Source: Acidimicrobiia bacterium
GTDB lineage: Bacteria > Actinomycetota > Acidimicrobiia > Acidimicrobiales > SHLQ01
DNA: 40,202 bases
Direction of reading: 5' to 3'
Assembly (NCBI GenBank): GCA_029858875.1
Contig: JAOUEE010000002.1
Location: 1 to 40,202 of the forward strand
Below, piece after piece: positions 29,005 through 37,138 of the stretch. Positions within the stretch are counted from its first letter, which is position 1; each line of letters opens with the position of its first letter. A program made the translations under genes and the position numbers. The notes under the pieces were generated by a model. That model saw nothing but the letters and a program-made list of their open reading frames with translations. It made no database searches and had not been told where the DNA came from.

Positions 29005-29906
29005 TGGAATGGGTTGAAACAACGGGTGACTCGATCACCGAGGCCAAGGCAGCTGCGGTCGATCTGCTCGGCATCGCGGCCGACGAGGCCGAGTTCGAGA
29101 TCATCAACGAAGAGCGCAAGAACATCTTCGGTCGGGTCAAGGACCAGGCTCGGATCCGGGCTCGGGTCCGGCCGACCAAGCCGCCGCCCAAACAGGAGCG
29201 CTCCGATCGGGGTCGGGGTCGCCGTCGCACCGGTGAGGGCGGCCGCAGCAGCGGCGGTGGCACCAAGTCCAAGAGCCAGGGCGCAGGCGCGGGCAAGTCG
29301 CGCCGCGACAGCGCCAAGAGCGACAGTGGTCGACCCGCCGAGACCAAGGCCAAGCCGCGTCCCAAGAGCGAACCAGCCCGGCCGCGAGCGTCGTCGTCGG
29401 CCGATGCGGACCACAAGGGGGAATCCGTGACCGAGAGTATGTCCTTGCAGCGCCAGGGTGAAGTGATGTCGGAGTTCCTGGGGGGCATGTTGCGGGCCTT
29501 CGAACTGGAGGGCCGTATCGAAGGCGCCGAGGTGGACGAGTCGACCCTGGAGGTGAACATCGCCGGTCCCAGCCTGGGACTGCTGGTCGGTCCGCGGGGC
29601 AACACCCTGCGAGCCGTGCAGGAGTTGGCCCGCACGGTTGTGCAGCGCAAGTCCGGCGGCGATGCCGAGGGTCGGGTTCGCATCGACGTGGACGGCTACC
29701 GCGAGCGTCGACGCACGGCGTTGAGTGCCTTCGCCACCGAGGTGGCCGATCGGGTGCGCGAGACCGGGGCCGAGCAGGCCCTCGAGCCGATGTCGGCCGC
29801 CGATCGCAAGATCGTGCATGACACGGTGACCGATCTGGACGGGGTCGACACCATTTCCGAGGGTTCGGAGCCAGACCGTCGGGTCGTCATCGTCCCGGCT
29901 GATTGA
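29004..29906 (+). CDS. jag: Jag/KhpB (EloR)-type RNA-binding protein with Jag_N, KH and R3H domains
   Basis: The ATG overlaps the yidC stop (TAATG). Jag_N reads [23 protein letters not shown], followed by a long basic linker, KH-like GPRGNTLRAVQ, and R3H-like EPMSAADRKIVHD. Confidence 0.88.
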   Translation: MEWVETTGDSITEAKAAAVDLLGIAADEAEFEIINEERKNIFGRVKDQARIRARVRPTKPPPKQERSDRGRGRRRTGEGGRSSGGGTKSKSQGAGAGKSRRDSAKSDSGRPAETKAKPRPKSEPARPRASSSADADHKGESVTESMSLQRQGEVMSEFLGGMLRAFELEGRIEGAEVDESTLEVNIAGPSLGLLVGPRGNTLRAVQELARTVVQRKSGGDAEGRVRIDVDGYRERRRTALSAFATEVADRVRETGAEQALEPMSAADRKIVHDTVTDLDGVDTISEGSEPDRRVVIVPAD

Positions 29907-30556
29907 TCTTCGGGCGGGCATCCGCCGTGGATGAGCTCGATGATGTGCTGGCCGCCGCCCAGCGGCAGGGGTTTCTCGGGCCGGCTTCGGTGGCCGAACA
30001 TCGGCGCCACGCTCTCGGGTTCGCCGCCGGCTGGGAGGACCTGCCGCCGCTGGCCTTGGATCTCGGCTCGGGCGGCGGCGTGCCCGGGCTGGTGTTGGCG
30101 GTGGAGTATCCGACGCTGTCGGTTTGTCTTGTCGACAGTCGCGAGCGCTCGACCGACTGGCTGACGGAGGCGGTGCGGTCGCTGGGGCTGTCGAATCGTG
30201 TCGCCGTGGTGCGGGCGCGGGGGGAGGAGCTCGGCCGAGATCTCCAGTGGCGGGCCCAGGTACCGATGGTGGTGGCCCGCGGCTTCGGTCCGCCGGCGGT
30301 TGTAGCCGAGTGTGGCGCTCCCCTGCTGGTGACGGGCGCCAGCATGGTGGTGAGCGAGCCGCCGACGCCCGATGCCAGTCGATGGCCCCGGGCGGGGTTG
30401 GGTGAGCTCGGGCTCGGGCTCGGGCGTCGCTGGGCCCACGGCGGGAGCCACTACCAGGAGCTGGTGCAGCTGGCACCGTGTCCAGAGCGGTTCCCCCGCC
30501 GGGTGGGGGTGCCGGCCAAGCGGCCGCTGTGGGAGTGGGTCCGTGCTCGACCCTGA
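29903..30556 (+). CDS. rsmG: 16S rRNA (guanine527-N7)-methyltransferase RsmG (GidB)
   Basis: SAM motif ALDLGSGGGVPGLVLA and the conserved position between jag and parA. The start is uncertain (TTG 29903 or GTG 29928). Confidence 0.88.
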   Translation: MIFGRASAVDELDDVLAAAQRQGFLGPASVAEHRRHALGFAAGWEDLPPLALDLGSGGGVPGLVLAVEYPTLSVCLVDSRERSTDWLTEAVRSLGLSNRVAVVRARGEELGRDLQWRAQVPMVVARGFGPPAVVAECGAPLLVTGASMVVSEPPTPDASRWPRAGLGELGLGLGRRWAHGGSHYQELVQLAPCPERFPRRVGVPAKRPLWEWVRARP

Positions 30557-30564
30557 TGGCCCAA

Positions 30565-30580
30565 TGTTCCACGTGAAACA
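30565..30580. promoter_or_regulatory. parS centromere site TGTTCCACGTGAAACA
   Basis: It matches the TGTTNCACGTGAAACA consensus at all specified positions and lies 9 nt after the rsmG stop. Confidence 0.9.
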
Positions 30581-30675
30581 TTCGGGCGGGGCGTGGGAGG
30601 TCGGCGTCGGCGGTGACCCCGGCACCCGGCGTCGTCGACCCCGGGCCGAGCCGCCCCAGCCCACGAGTCGGGGGA

Positions 30676-30691
30676 TGTTCCACGTGAAACA
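30676..30691. promoter_or_regulatory. parS centromere site TGTTCCACGTGAAACA (second copy)
   Basis: An identical 16-mer. Identity extends over 21 nt (ATGTTCCACGTGAAACATTCGG) with the first copy. It lies about 80 nt upstream of parA. Confidence 0.9.
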
Positions 30692-30769
30692 TTCGGCCAA
30701 AACACCCGATTCCGATCGCGCTGTGCCAGACTGAGCGCAGCCCGCTCGACTCCGTGAGGCGATTCGATC

Positions 30770-31684
30770 ATGTCCTGGCCGGACCACCCACCCTCTGCTG
30801 ACCCGCGGCCCCGGCCCGAGGACCCTTCTTCGGTGCCGGCTGCTCCTCCCGGCGTCATCCCTCGACGGATCGAAACGCCGGCACCGCCCGCCCCCGTACC
30901 GCCCCCCGAACCGGCCGGACCCCGGATCATGGCCGTGGCCAATCAAAAGGGTGGGGTGGGCAAGACAACCACCACGGTGAATCTGGGGGCGGCTCTGGCC
31001 GAGCTCGGTTATCGGGTCCTCGTCATCGATCTGGATCCTCAGGCCAATGCCAGTACCGGGCTGGGTCTCAATCCCCGCAACCTCGATGTGGCCATGTACG
31101 ACGTCATCTTGAACGAGGTGTCCCTCGAGGACTGTATCGAGCCGACCGCGGTGAAGAACCTGTTCGTGGCTCCCTCCAGCCTGGATCTGGCCGGCGCCGA
31201 GATCGAGCTCGTCCCGGCCTTCAATCGCGAGCGTCGGTTGCAGAGTGCCATCAACGAGGTGCAGGCCGACTACGACTACGTCCTGATCGATTGCCCACCG
31301 TCGCTGGGACTGCTCACGATCAACGGTCTGACAGCTGCCACCGAGCTGCTCGTTCCCATTCAGTGCGAGTACTACGCGCTCGAGGGGTTGGGCCAACTGC
31401 TGCGCAACGTCGACCTGGTGAAGAAGAACCTCAACCCGGACCTCGAGCTGAAGACGATCGTCCTGGTGATGTACGATGCCCGCACCAAACTGGCCGCCCA
31501 GGTGGCCAAAGAGGTGCGGGACCACTTCGGCGCCGCCGTGTGCCGTCAAGTGATTCCCCGTTCGGTTCGGTTGTCGGAGGCGCCCTCCTACGGGCAGCCG
31601 ATCACCACGTTCGACTCGTCCTCGCGAGGGGCATTGGCCTATCGAGAGCTCGCTCGGGAGGTGGCCGGTGAATCAACGCGCTAG
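30770..31684 (+). CDS. parA: chromosome partitioning ATPase ParA/Soj with a Pro-rich N-terminal extension
   Basis: Deviant Walker A NQKGGVGKTTT, with DLDPQANAS and DCPPSLG. The N-terminal 50 aa are Pro-rich, as is common in actinobacterial ParA. Confidence 0.93.
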   Translation: MSWPDHPPSADPRPRPEDPSSVPAAPPGVIPRRIETPAPPAPVPPPEPAGPRIMAVANQKGGVGKTTTTVNLGAALAELGYRVLVIDLDPQANASTGLGLNPRNLDVAMYDVILNEVSLEDCIEPTAVKNLFVAPSSLDLAGAEIELVPAFNRERRLQSAINEVQADYDYVLIDCPPSLGLLTINGLTAATELLVPIQCEYYALEGLGQLLRNVDLVKKNLNPDLELKTIVLVMYDARTKLAAQVAKEVRDHFGAAVCRQVIPRSVRLSEAPSYGQPITTFDSSSRGALAYRELAREVAGESTR

Positions 31685-32561
31685 CGGTCTGGGTCGTGGT
31701 CTGGGAGCGCTGATCCCCGAGGATCAGGCGGCGCCGGACGGCCCGGAAGAGGCGGTGGGCCTGGTGGAGGTCGACGTCGATGCGGTGCACCCCAACCGGT
31801 ACCAGCCCCGCACGCAGTTCGAGGAGGCGGGCCTGGACGCCCTGGCCGCATCGATCCGAGAGGTCGGTGTCCTCCAGCCCATCCTGGTGCGCGCCGCGGG
31901 CGATGACTTCGAGCTGATCGCCGGGGAGCGTCGCTGGCGTGCTGCCCGGCGAGCCGGGCTGCGCACCATTCCGGCTCTGGTCCGATCGGTCGAGGACCGA
32001 GGATCTCTCGAAGAGGCCGTGATCGAGAACCTGCACCGACAGGACCTCAACGCCCTCGAGGAAGCGGCGGCCTACCGGCAGCTGATCGACGAGTTCGATC
32101 TCACCCAGGAACGTGTCGCCGAGCGAGTGGGCAAGAGCCGCTCGACGGTCACCAACACCCTGCGGCTGCTCACGCTGCCGACGGCCGTGCAGCGGATGGT
32201 GCTCGAGCGCACGCTCGGTGCCGGCCATGCTCGGGCGCTACTCGGTATCGAGGATCCTGCGACCCTGACCGCGATGGCTCGTCAGGTGGTCGAGCGGGAG
32301 CTGTCGGTCCGTCGCACCGAGCAGCTGGTGCGGGGCGAGGATCCCGATGCACCGGCGCCGACCGTCGAGGCGGCCTCGCCGGTGCCCGGTCCAGCGCCGA
32401 CCGGGTTGAAGGATCCGGCGCTGGTGGAACTGGAAGCCCTGCTCGAGGAGCAGCTCTCCACGCGGGTGTCGTTGACGATGGGAGCCAAGACCGGGCGGAT
32501 CATCATCGATTTCGCCGACCTGGACGACCTCGAACGCATCTACCGGCTGCTCAAGCGGTAG
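31668..32561 (+). CDS. parB: chromosome partitioning protein ParB/Spo0J
   Basis: GLGRGLGALI N-terminus, the GERRWRAA CTPase/arginine patch and an HTH region. The GTG start overlaps the parA end. Confidence 0.95.
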   Translation: MNQRASGLGRGLGALIPEDQAAPDGPEEAVGLVEVDVDAVHPNRYQPRTQFEEAGLDALAASIREVGVLQPILVRAAGDDFELIAGERRWRAARRAGLRTIPALVRSVEDRGSLEEAVIENLHRQDLNALEEAAAYRQLIDEFDLTQERVAERVGKSRSTVTNTLRLLTLPTAVQRMVLERTLGAGHARALLGIEDPATLTAMARQVVERELSVRRTEQLVRGEDPDAPAPTVEAASPVPGPAPTGLKDPALVELEALLEEQLSTRVSLTMGAKTGRIIIDFADLDDLERIYRLLKR

Positions 32562-32615
32562 GGATCGAGGGGCCGATCGAGGCCTCCGCAGAACCCTCGA
32601 GTGCTGATCGAGGTA

Positions 32616-32636
32616 CTATCCACAAGCTGTGGGTAA
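32616..32636. promoter_or_regulatory. convergent pair of DnaA-box-like sites CTATCCACA-AGC-TGTGGGTAA
   Basis: CTATCCACA (8/9 to TTATCCACA) lies at 32616-32624. TGTGGGTAA (reverse complement TTACCCACA, 8/9) lies at 32628-32636. Both sit in the locally AT-richer convergent gap after parB. Confidence 0.45.
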
Positions 32637-32720
32637 GGGTGTGTATCACCGTCCGTGGCATGGCTCGCGCCGACCCACCGCGCTGGGCGCGAACCGCCAC
32701 CCGGTCTGTCGATGAGGCCC

Positions 32721-33782
32721 TTAACTGATACTGACGTCGCTATCAGTATCGAGGCCGTCTCCCCAGCCCGTGAGAGCGTCGGTGATGACCAGCGCCAGGT
32801 CGTGATGGAGACGCACCACCTCCTCCACCGGCCCCAGCTCGCACCAGATGGCAGGCATGCGGGTCTCCCGCAGGACCGGAGTCGGGTCTCCCTTCACCAG
32901 CACCTCCGCCTGGGGCAGCAGGGCATGGAGCAGCCCGGCCAGGTCGTGGGCCAGCTTCTTGCCGCCCCAGGACTCGAAGCGATCGGTGCAGAAGTAGTGC
33001 ACCCGGCACTGGGGCGCCCGGCGGCTGGTCAGCCCCACATAGACATCGCCCTCGAAGCGATTGGCCACGCGGGCCTGGTCGCTCAGGTCCGGATCATGCA
33101 GGGTCAGGACCTGCGCTCCGGCGTGGCGTAGCCGCCGGCCGGTGGCGTCGGCCAGCGCCCCCATCGTGCCGCTCTCACCGACGATGATCCGTTGGCCGAT
33201 GAGTCCCGCACCGGCTCGGCGCCGGAGGTGCTCGCGCTCGCGCACCCGAACCACCGGCTCGCTGCGGGCGCTCTTGGAGCCCAGTCGATCGAGCTCGGCG
33301 ATGGTGCTGGCCCCGGCGATGCCGTCGGTGGGCACGCCGGCATTGCGTTGGAAGTCCTTCAGCGCGCGTTCGGTATCGGGCCCGAAGATCCCGTCGACCC
33401 ATCCGGCGTCGAAGCCGAGCGAGCCCAGACGCACCTGGAGGTCGGCGACGTCGTCGCCCCGGAGCAGGGGACGATGGTGATAGAGGGGCCGGTCGCCCAG
33501 TCGATACCCGTTCTCGACCAGCGTGCGCCAGGTGGCGATGTCCACCACGCCGGTGACGTCGAGTCCCCGCTCGTCCTGGAGCTGTCGGACGGCCGCCTCG
33601 GTGGCCGTCCCGAACGAACCGGTCTCGTCGGTCGGCGCGCCCGGATCGAGCTCGCGTAGGCGCCGTTGGAGATCTCGTACCGCCGGACCCGTCATCGAAG
33701 GCCGCAGTGGGAGCAGTTCCTCGGCCCCGGCAGCAGGGGTGGAAGGCATCGCCCGCATCGTATCGGCGTGCACTGGTCTCAC
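32721..33782 (-). CDS. CwlM-like protein: two peptidoglycan-binding (PG_binding_1) repeats plus a degenerate Amidase_3 domain
   Basis: The two PGB repeats read GPAVRDLQRRL..G.FG..T..AVR.LQ and VADLQVRLGSLGF..G.VDGIFGPDTERALKDFQ. The C-terminal Amidase_3-like region reads VLRETRMPAIWCELG. There is no signal peptide. Its position next to trxA/trxB matches Rv3915. Confidence 0.85.
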   Translation of the reverse strand: MRPVHADTMRAMPSTPAAGAEELLPLRPSMTGPAVRDLQRRLRELDPGAPTDETGSFGTATEAAVRQLQDERGLDVTGVVDIATWRTLVENGYRLGDRPLYHHRPLLRGDDVADLQVRLGSLGFDAGWVDGIFGPDTERALKDFQRNAGVPTDGIAGASTIAELDRLGSKSARSEPVVRVREREHLRRRAGAGLIGQRIIVGESGTMGALADATGRRLRHAGAQVLTLHDPDLSDQARVANRFEGDVYVGLTSRRAPQCRVHYFCTDRFESWGGKKLAHDLAGLLHALLPQAEVLVKGDPTPVLRETRMPAIWCELGPVEEVVRLHHDLALVITDALTGWGDGLDTDSDVSIS

Positions 33783-33816
33783 CGGGCGCAGGGGCCGCGG
33801 CGGTGGGGCCGGGTCG

Positions 33817-34143
33817 TTACAGGAAGTCGGCCAGATCGTCGAGCAGCTGCGCCTTGCCCTTGGCGCCCACGATGCGCTTGGCCGGCTCGCCGTCCTTGAA
33901 GACGATGAGCGTGGGGATGCTCATCACCTCGAAGCGGCGGGCGATCTCGGGCGCATCATCCACGTTGAGCTTGCCGATCCGCAGGCTGCCCTCGTGCTCC
34001 TCGGCGATCTCGGCCAGGATCGGGGCGATCATCTTGCAGGGACCGCACCACTCGGCCCAGAAGTCGACCACCACGGGCTCAGTGGCCGAGCCGACCTCCT
34101 CGTCGAAGGTGGTGTCGGAGAGTGTGGTTATCAATCCAGCCAT
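33817..34143 (-). CDS. trxA: thioredoxin
   Basis: WAEWCGPCK active site in a 108-aa protein starting at ATG 34141-34143. The longer ORF-track start adds 22 junk residues. Confidence 0.96.
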   Translation of the reverse strand: MAGLITTLSDTTFDEEVGSATEPVVVDFWAEWCGPCKMIAPILAEIAEEHEGSLRIGKLNVDDAPEIARRFEVMSIPTLIVFKDGEPAKRIVGAKGKAQLLDDLADFL

Positions 34144-34257
34144 GGAGGAAACCTCGTGTCGTCGTTGCGGGAACCAACCGCGGTCGCGGGCTGGACATTC
34201 CCCGGGCACCGTACTCGGGCCGTATCGGGACGACGAGGTCGGCGCCCGTCGGCCGCA

Positions 34258-35220
34258 TCAGTGTTGGGTCTCCAGCCACCGTTCGGCGTCGATGGCGGCC
34301 ATGCATCCGCTTCCGGCCGCGGTGATGGCCTGTCGGTAGTAGTCGTCCTGGACGTCACCGCAGGCGAAGACCCCCTCGACGTTGGTGCGACTCGAGCCGG
34401 GCACGGTGACGAGGTAGCCGTTGTCCTTGCGGTCGAGCTGTCCGTCGAAGAGATCGGTGTTGGGCTTGTGCCCGATGGCCACGAAGAGCCCGCTGACGTC
34501 GAGTCGCTCGGTGGAGCCGTCCTGGGTGTCGGTCACCACCACACCCTCGAGGCGGTCTTCGCCGATGATCTCGCTGACCTGGCCGTTCCAGTGGAACTCG
34601 ATCTTGTCGTTGGCGAAGGCCCGGTCCTGCATGATCTTGGAGGCGCGCAGCTCGTCGCGCCGATGGATGATGGTGACCTTGCTGGCGAACTTCGTGAGGA
34701 AGCTGGCCTCCTCGACGGCCGAGTCACCGCCGCCCACCACGGCGATCTCCTGGTCCCGGAAGAAGAAGCCGTCACAGGTGGCGCACGTCGAGACGCCGTG
34801 GCCGATGAGCCGGGTCTCGTTGTCGAGGCCCAGCATGAGCGACTGTGCACCGGTGCTGACGATCACGCTGTTGGCCAGCCAGGTGGGCGCGGGCGCGTCG
34901 GGGTCGCCCACCCAGATCCGGAAGGGGCGCTGACCGAAGTCGACGCGGCTGGCCTTGACCGTGTGCAACTGCGCCCCGAACCGCTCGGCCTGGTCCCGGA
35001 AGTTCACCATGAGCTGCGGACCCATGACCCCCTCGGGAAAGCCGGGGAAGTTCTCGACCTCGGTGGTGAGCATGAGCTGCCCGCCGGGCTGGTCGCTGGT
35101 GGAGGACGGCTCACCTTCGAGCACGACCGGCGCCAGATTGGCGCGGGCGGTGTAGATGGCCGCGGTGAGGCCGGCCGGCCCCGATCCGATGATGACGACA
35201 TCGCGGACGTCAGCGGGCAT
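34258..35220 (-). CDS. trxB: thioredoxin-disulfide reductase
   Basis: The FAD motif is VVIIGSGPAGLTAA, the redox-active site is CATCDG and the NADPH motif is AVVGGGDSAVEEA. Confidence 0.97.
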   Translation of the reverse strand: MPADVRDVVIIGSGPAGLTAAIYTARANLAPVVLEGEPSSTSDQPGGQLMLTTEVENFPGFPEGVMGPQLMVNFRDQAERFGAQLHTVKASRVDFGQRPFRIWVGDPDAPAPTWLANSVIVSTGAQSLMLGLDNETRLIGHGVSTCATCDGFFFRDQEIAVVGGGDSAVEEASFLTKFASKVTIIHRRDELRASKIMQDRAFANDKIEFHWNGQVSEIIGEDRLEGVVVTDTQDGSTERLDVSGLFVAIGHKPNTDLFDGQLDRKDNGYLVTVPGSSRTNVEGVFACGDVQDDYYRQAITAAGSGCMAAIDAERWLETQH

Positions 35221-35289
35221 GTGAGGAACCTCGTCGAGAGTGGGGCACGTGATCAGAAACGGCCCGGGGGGTCGGCACTATTCCCGGTG

Positions 35290-35595
35290 TCAGGCGCGGG
35301 CGGCCTTGGCCATCAGCGCCACCCCCACGCCGGCGAACGCGAGGCCGAGGGCCAGATACACCCAGTACACGTTGCCGGGAACGTAGACATCGAGGATCCG
35401 AACCGTGAGGGTCACCAGCAGCACCAGCAGAATCGGCACGAGAACGGCGATGACCAACCCGTACACCACGCCACGACTGGCCATGCGCGCCGGCGTGGCC
35501 GTCTTGGCCGCCACGCTGTCGACCTTGTCGACGATGAACTCGGTGGTTCTCTGAGCCCAGTCGGGTTCCGGGGCCGGGACGGGCGAGTCGGACAT
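35290..35595 (-). CDS. hypothetical membrane protein (2 predicted TM helices)
   Basis: 101 aa. It has two clear hydrophobic spans (VVYGLVIAVLVPILLVLLVTLTV and VYLALGLAFAGVGVALMA) and coding-like composition. Confidence 0.65.
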   Translation of the reverse strand: MSDSPVPAPEPDWAQRTTEFIVDKVDSVAAKTATPARMASRGVVYGLVIAVLVPILLVLLVTLTVRILDVYVPGNVYWVYLALGLAFAGVGVALMAKAARA

Positions 35596-35649
35596 GGGCG
35601 GTGATGCTATACCCAGTGCTCGACCGGCGTCACTGCCGGCGGCCGCGGA

Positions 35650-36507
35650 TCAGTCGCCGAAGGCCACCGTGCAGGTCTCCATCTCGACGGCGATCGTGAC
35701 CCCGCCGGCTCGGCCGACGAAGAAGTCGGTTCCCCCGACGGTGGCCACCAGCACGGGGAGCTCTGCGTCGAACCGGTCGAGGCAGTTGTCGGCGGCCGAG
35801 GGGGCCGAGTCCTCGAACAGGGCGGCCGTGTCATCGTCGGCTTCGTCGGCTTGTGTGTCGTAGGCCGCCACCGCCGCCGCGAGGTCGGTGAACTCGCCGC
35901 TGTCGTCGGGAACCAGGCGGGCGTACTGCTCGTTCGGGGCGGCGGTCGCCGCCGGGGCCGCTTCGGCCAGACCGTTGGCCGGGTCGAACCCGCCGTCGCC
36001 TTCGGTCAGGTCGGTGGCGTCGCCCGCAGGCGCTGGTGTGAGGCTGCGCCCGGGCTGGCGGTCACGGTCCTCGGTGGCCGACTCGGCCGATTCGGATTCG
36101 TCAGCGGCCGATCCGGCCACGTCGTTGTCGTTGGTCCGGGTCAGCTGGGACAGCGCAGGCACCGCGACGGCGAGCGCGACGATCGCGGCGGCCACGGCAA
36201 CGAGTGGCTGGCGGTACCAAGGCCGTCGATCGGAGCGGCCCACCGTCATCGCGGTCACGTTTGCTGCGGTCGGGGCGGCGGCCAGCGCGGCCGCGATGTG
36301 CTGCTCGCGCCGTACGTCGTCCACATCGACGGGATCCGACGCGACCAGGTCGGCCACCGACCCGAACGCGGCGACCTGGGCCAGCAGCCGGGGTGAGGCC
36401 TCGACGCGCGCGGCCTCCTCGGCCGTGGCCTCGCCGTCGAGGTAGGCCGACACCAATGCGTCCTCGCCGTCATCGGCGGGACCACGGGGGAGGAGGGGAT
36501 CAGGCAT
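35650..36507 (-). CDS. anti-sigma factor (single TM, RsmA/Rv3912-like position)
   Basis: The start at ATG 36505-36507 overlaps the sigma-factor stop (ATGCCTGA). It has the N-terminal VSAYLDGEATAEEAARVE anti-sigma motif, a central TM helix (LVAVAAAIVALAVAVPAL) and an acidic extracytoplasmic domain. Confidence 0.8.
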   Translation of the reverse strand: MPDPLLPRGPADDGEDALVSAYLDGEATAEEAARVEASPRLLAQVAAFGSVADLVASDPVDVDDVRREQHIAAALAAAPTAANVTAMTVGRSDRRPWYRQPLVAVAAAIVALAVAVPALSQLTRTNDNDVAGSAADESESAESATEDRDRQPGRSLTPAPAGDATDLTEGDGGFDPANGLAEAAPAATAAPNEQYARLVPDDSGEFTDLAAAVAAYDTQADEADDDTAALFEDSAPSAADNCLDRFDAELPVLVATVGGTDFFVGRAGGVTIAVEMETCTVAFGD

Positions 36508-37111
36508 GGTCGGGGCTTGGACGTTCCTGGTCGGGGTCGGGGTTCCCGAGGATCTGGGCGAGCGAGCGCCGCCCTCGGGCGATGCGTGACCGGACCGTAC
36601 CGGGAGGGATGTCGAGGGTCTCGGCGATCTCGGCGTAGTCCATCCCCAGGAGATCGCGCAGCACGACCGGCTGGCGGAACTCCTCGGGGAGTTGGGCCAA
36701 CGCGTCGTCGATGACGATCCGATCGGTGACCTCGTCACCGATCGGTCGGGCCGATGCGGCCGCGGCCGGCTCGTGGTCGGCCTCGGTCTCGTACTCGGGC
36801 AGCCCGACGTGGGGCCGTCGGCCCCGTCGGCGCAGCTCGTCGAGACAGGCGTTGGTGGCCACCCGGTAGGCCCAGGTGGAGAAGGCCGCCCGGCCGTCGA
36901 AGCGGTCGATGCGCCGGGCGATGGTTATCAGGGCCTCCTGTGTGGCATCGGCGCCATCGGCGTCGTTGCCGGCCAGCCGTCGACAGACCGCCCAGATGCG
37001 GTCGTAATGGCGTCGGAGCAACGTGTCGAGCGCATGCTGGTCGCCCGCCTGCGCCGCTGCGACCAGGAGGTCATCGGCCGGCCCTTCGATAGCGGTGACA
37101 GTACTGGTCAC
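36500..37111 (-). CDS. ECF (group 4) sigma-70 family sigma factor, SigM-like by position
   Basis: Region 2 reads DATQEALITIARRIDRFDGRAAFSTWAYRVATNACLDELRRR. Region 4 reads LPEEFRQPVVLRDLLGMDYAEIAETLDIPPGTVRSRIARGR. Confidence 0.92.
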   Translation of the reverse strand: MTSTVTAIEGPADDLLVAAAQAGDQHALDTLLRRHYDRIWAVCRRLAGNDADGADATQEALITIARRIDRFDGRAAFSTWAYRVATNACLDELRRRGRRPHVGLPEYETEADHEPAAAASARPIGDEVTDRIVIDDALAQLPEEFRQPVVLRDLLGMDYAEIAETLDIPPGTVRSRIARGRRSLAQILGNPDPDQERPSPDHA

Positions 37112-37138
37112 TGGACCACGATGGCTGCCACCCCGATG

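Noticed and set aside
28647-30692. 681-aa minus-strand ORF
   Set aside because: It is antisense to yidC, jag and rsmG and runs through the parS-containing intergenic region. It is Pro/Arg/Ala-rich junk.
30372-30734. 120-aa ORF containing MFHVKH twice
   Set aside because: MFHVKH is simply the translation of the parS sequence ATGTTCCACGTGAAACAT. The ORF overlaps the rsmG 3-prime end and the intergenic DNA, and is not coding.
32724-32750. AT-richer palindrome ACTGATA...TATCAGT / GATACTGA...TCAGTATC
   Set aside because: It lies inside the last 10 codons of the CwlM-like CDS (..DTDSDVSIS). It may be incidental to the repeated Asp/Ser codons and is not clearly a terminator.
33523-35604. 693-aa plus-strand ORF
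   Set aside because: It is antisense to trxA, trxB and the membrane-protein gene. It has no motifs and shadow-frame composition. The same reasoning applies to ORFs 697..1929, 5117..6892, 36692..37852 and 37991..39409.
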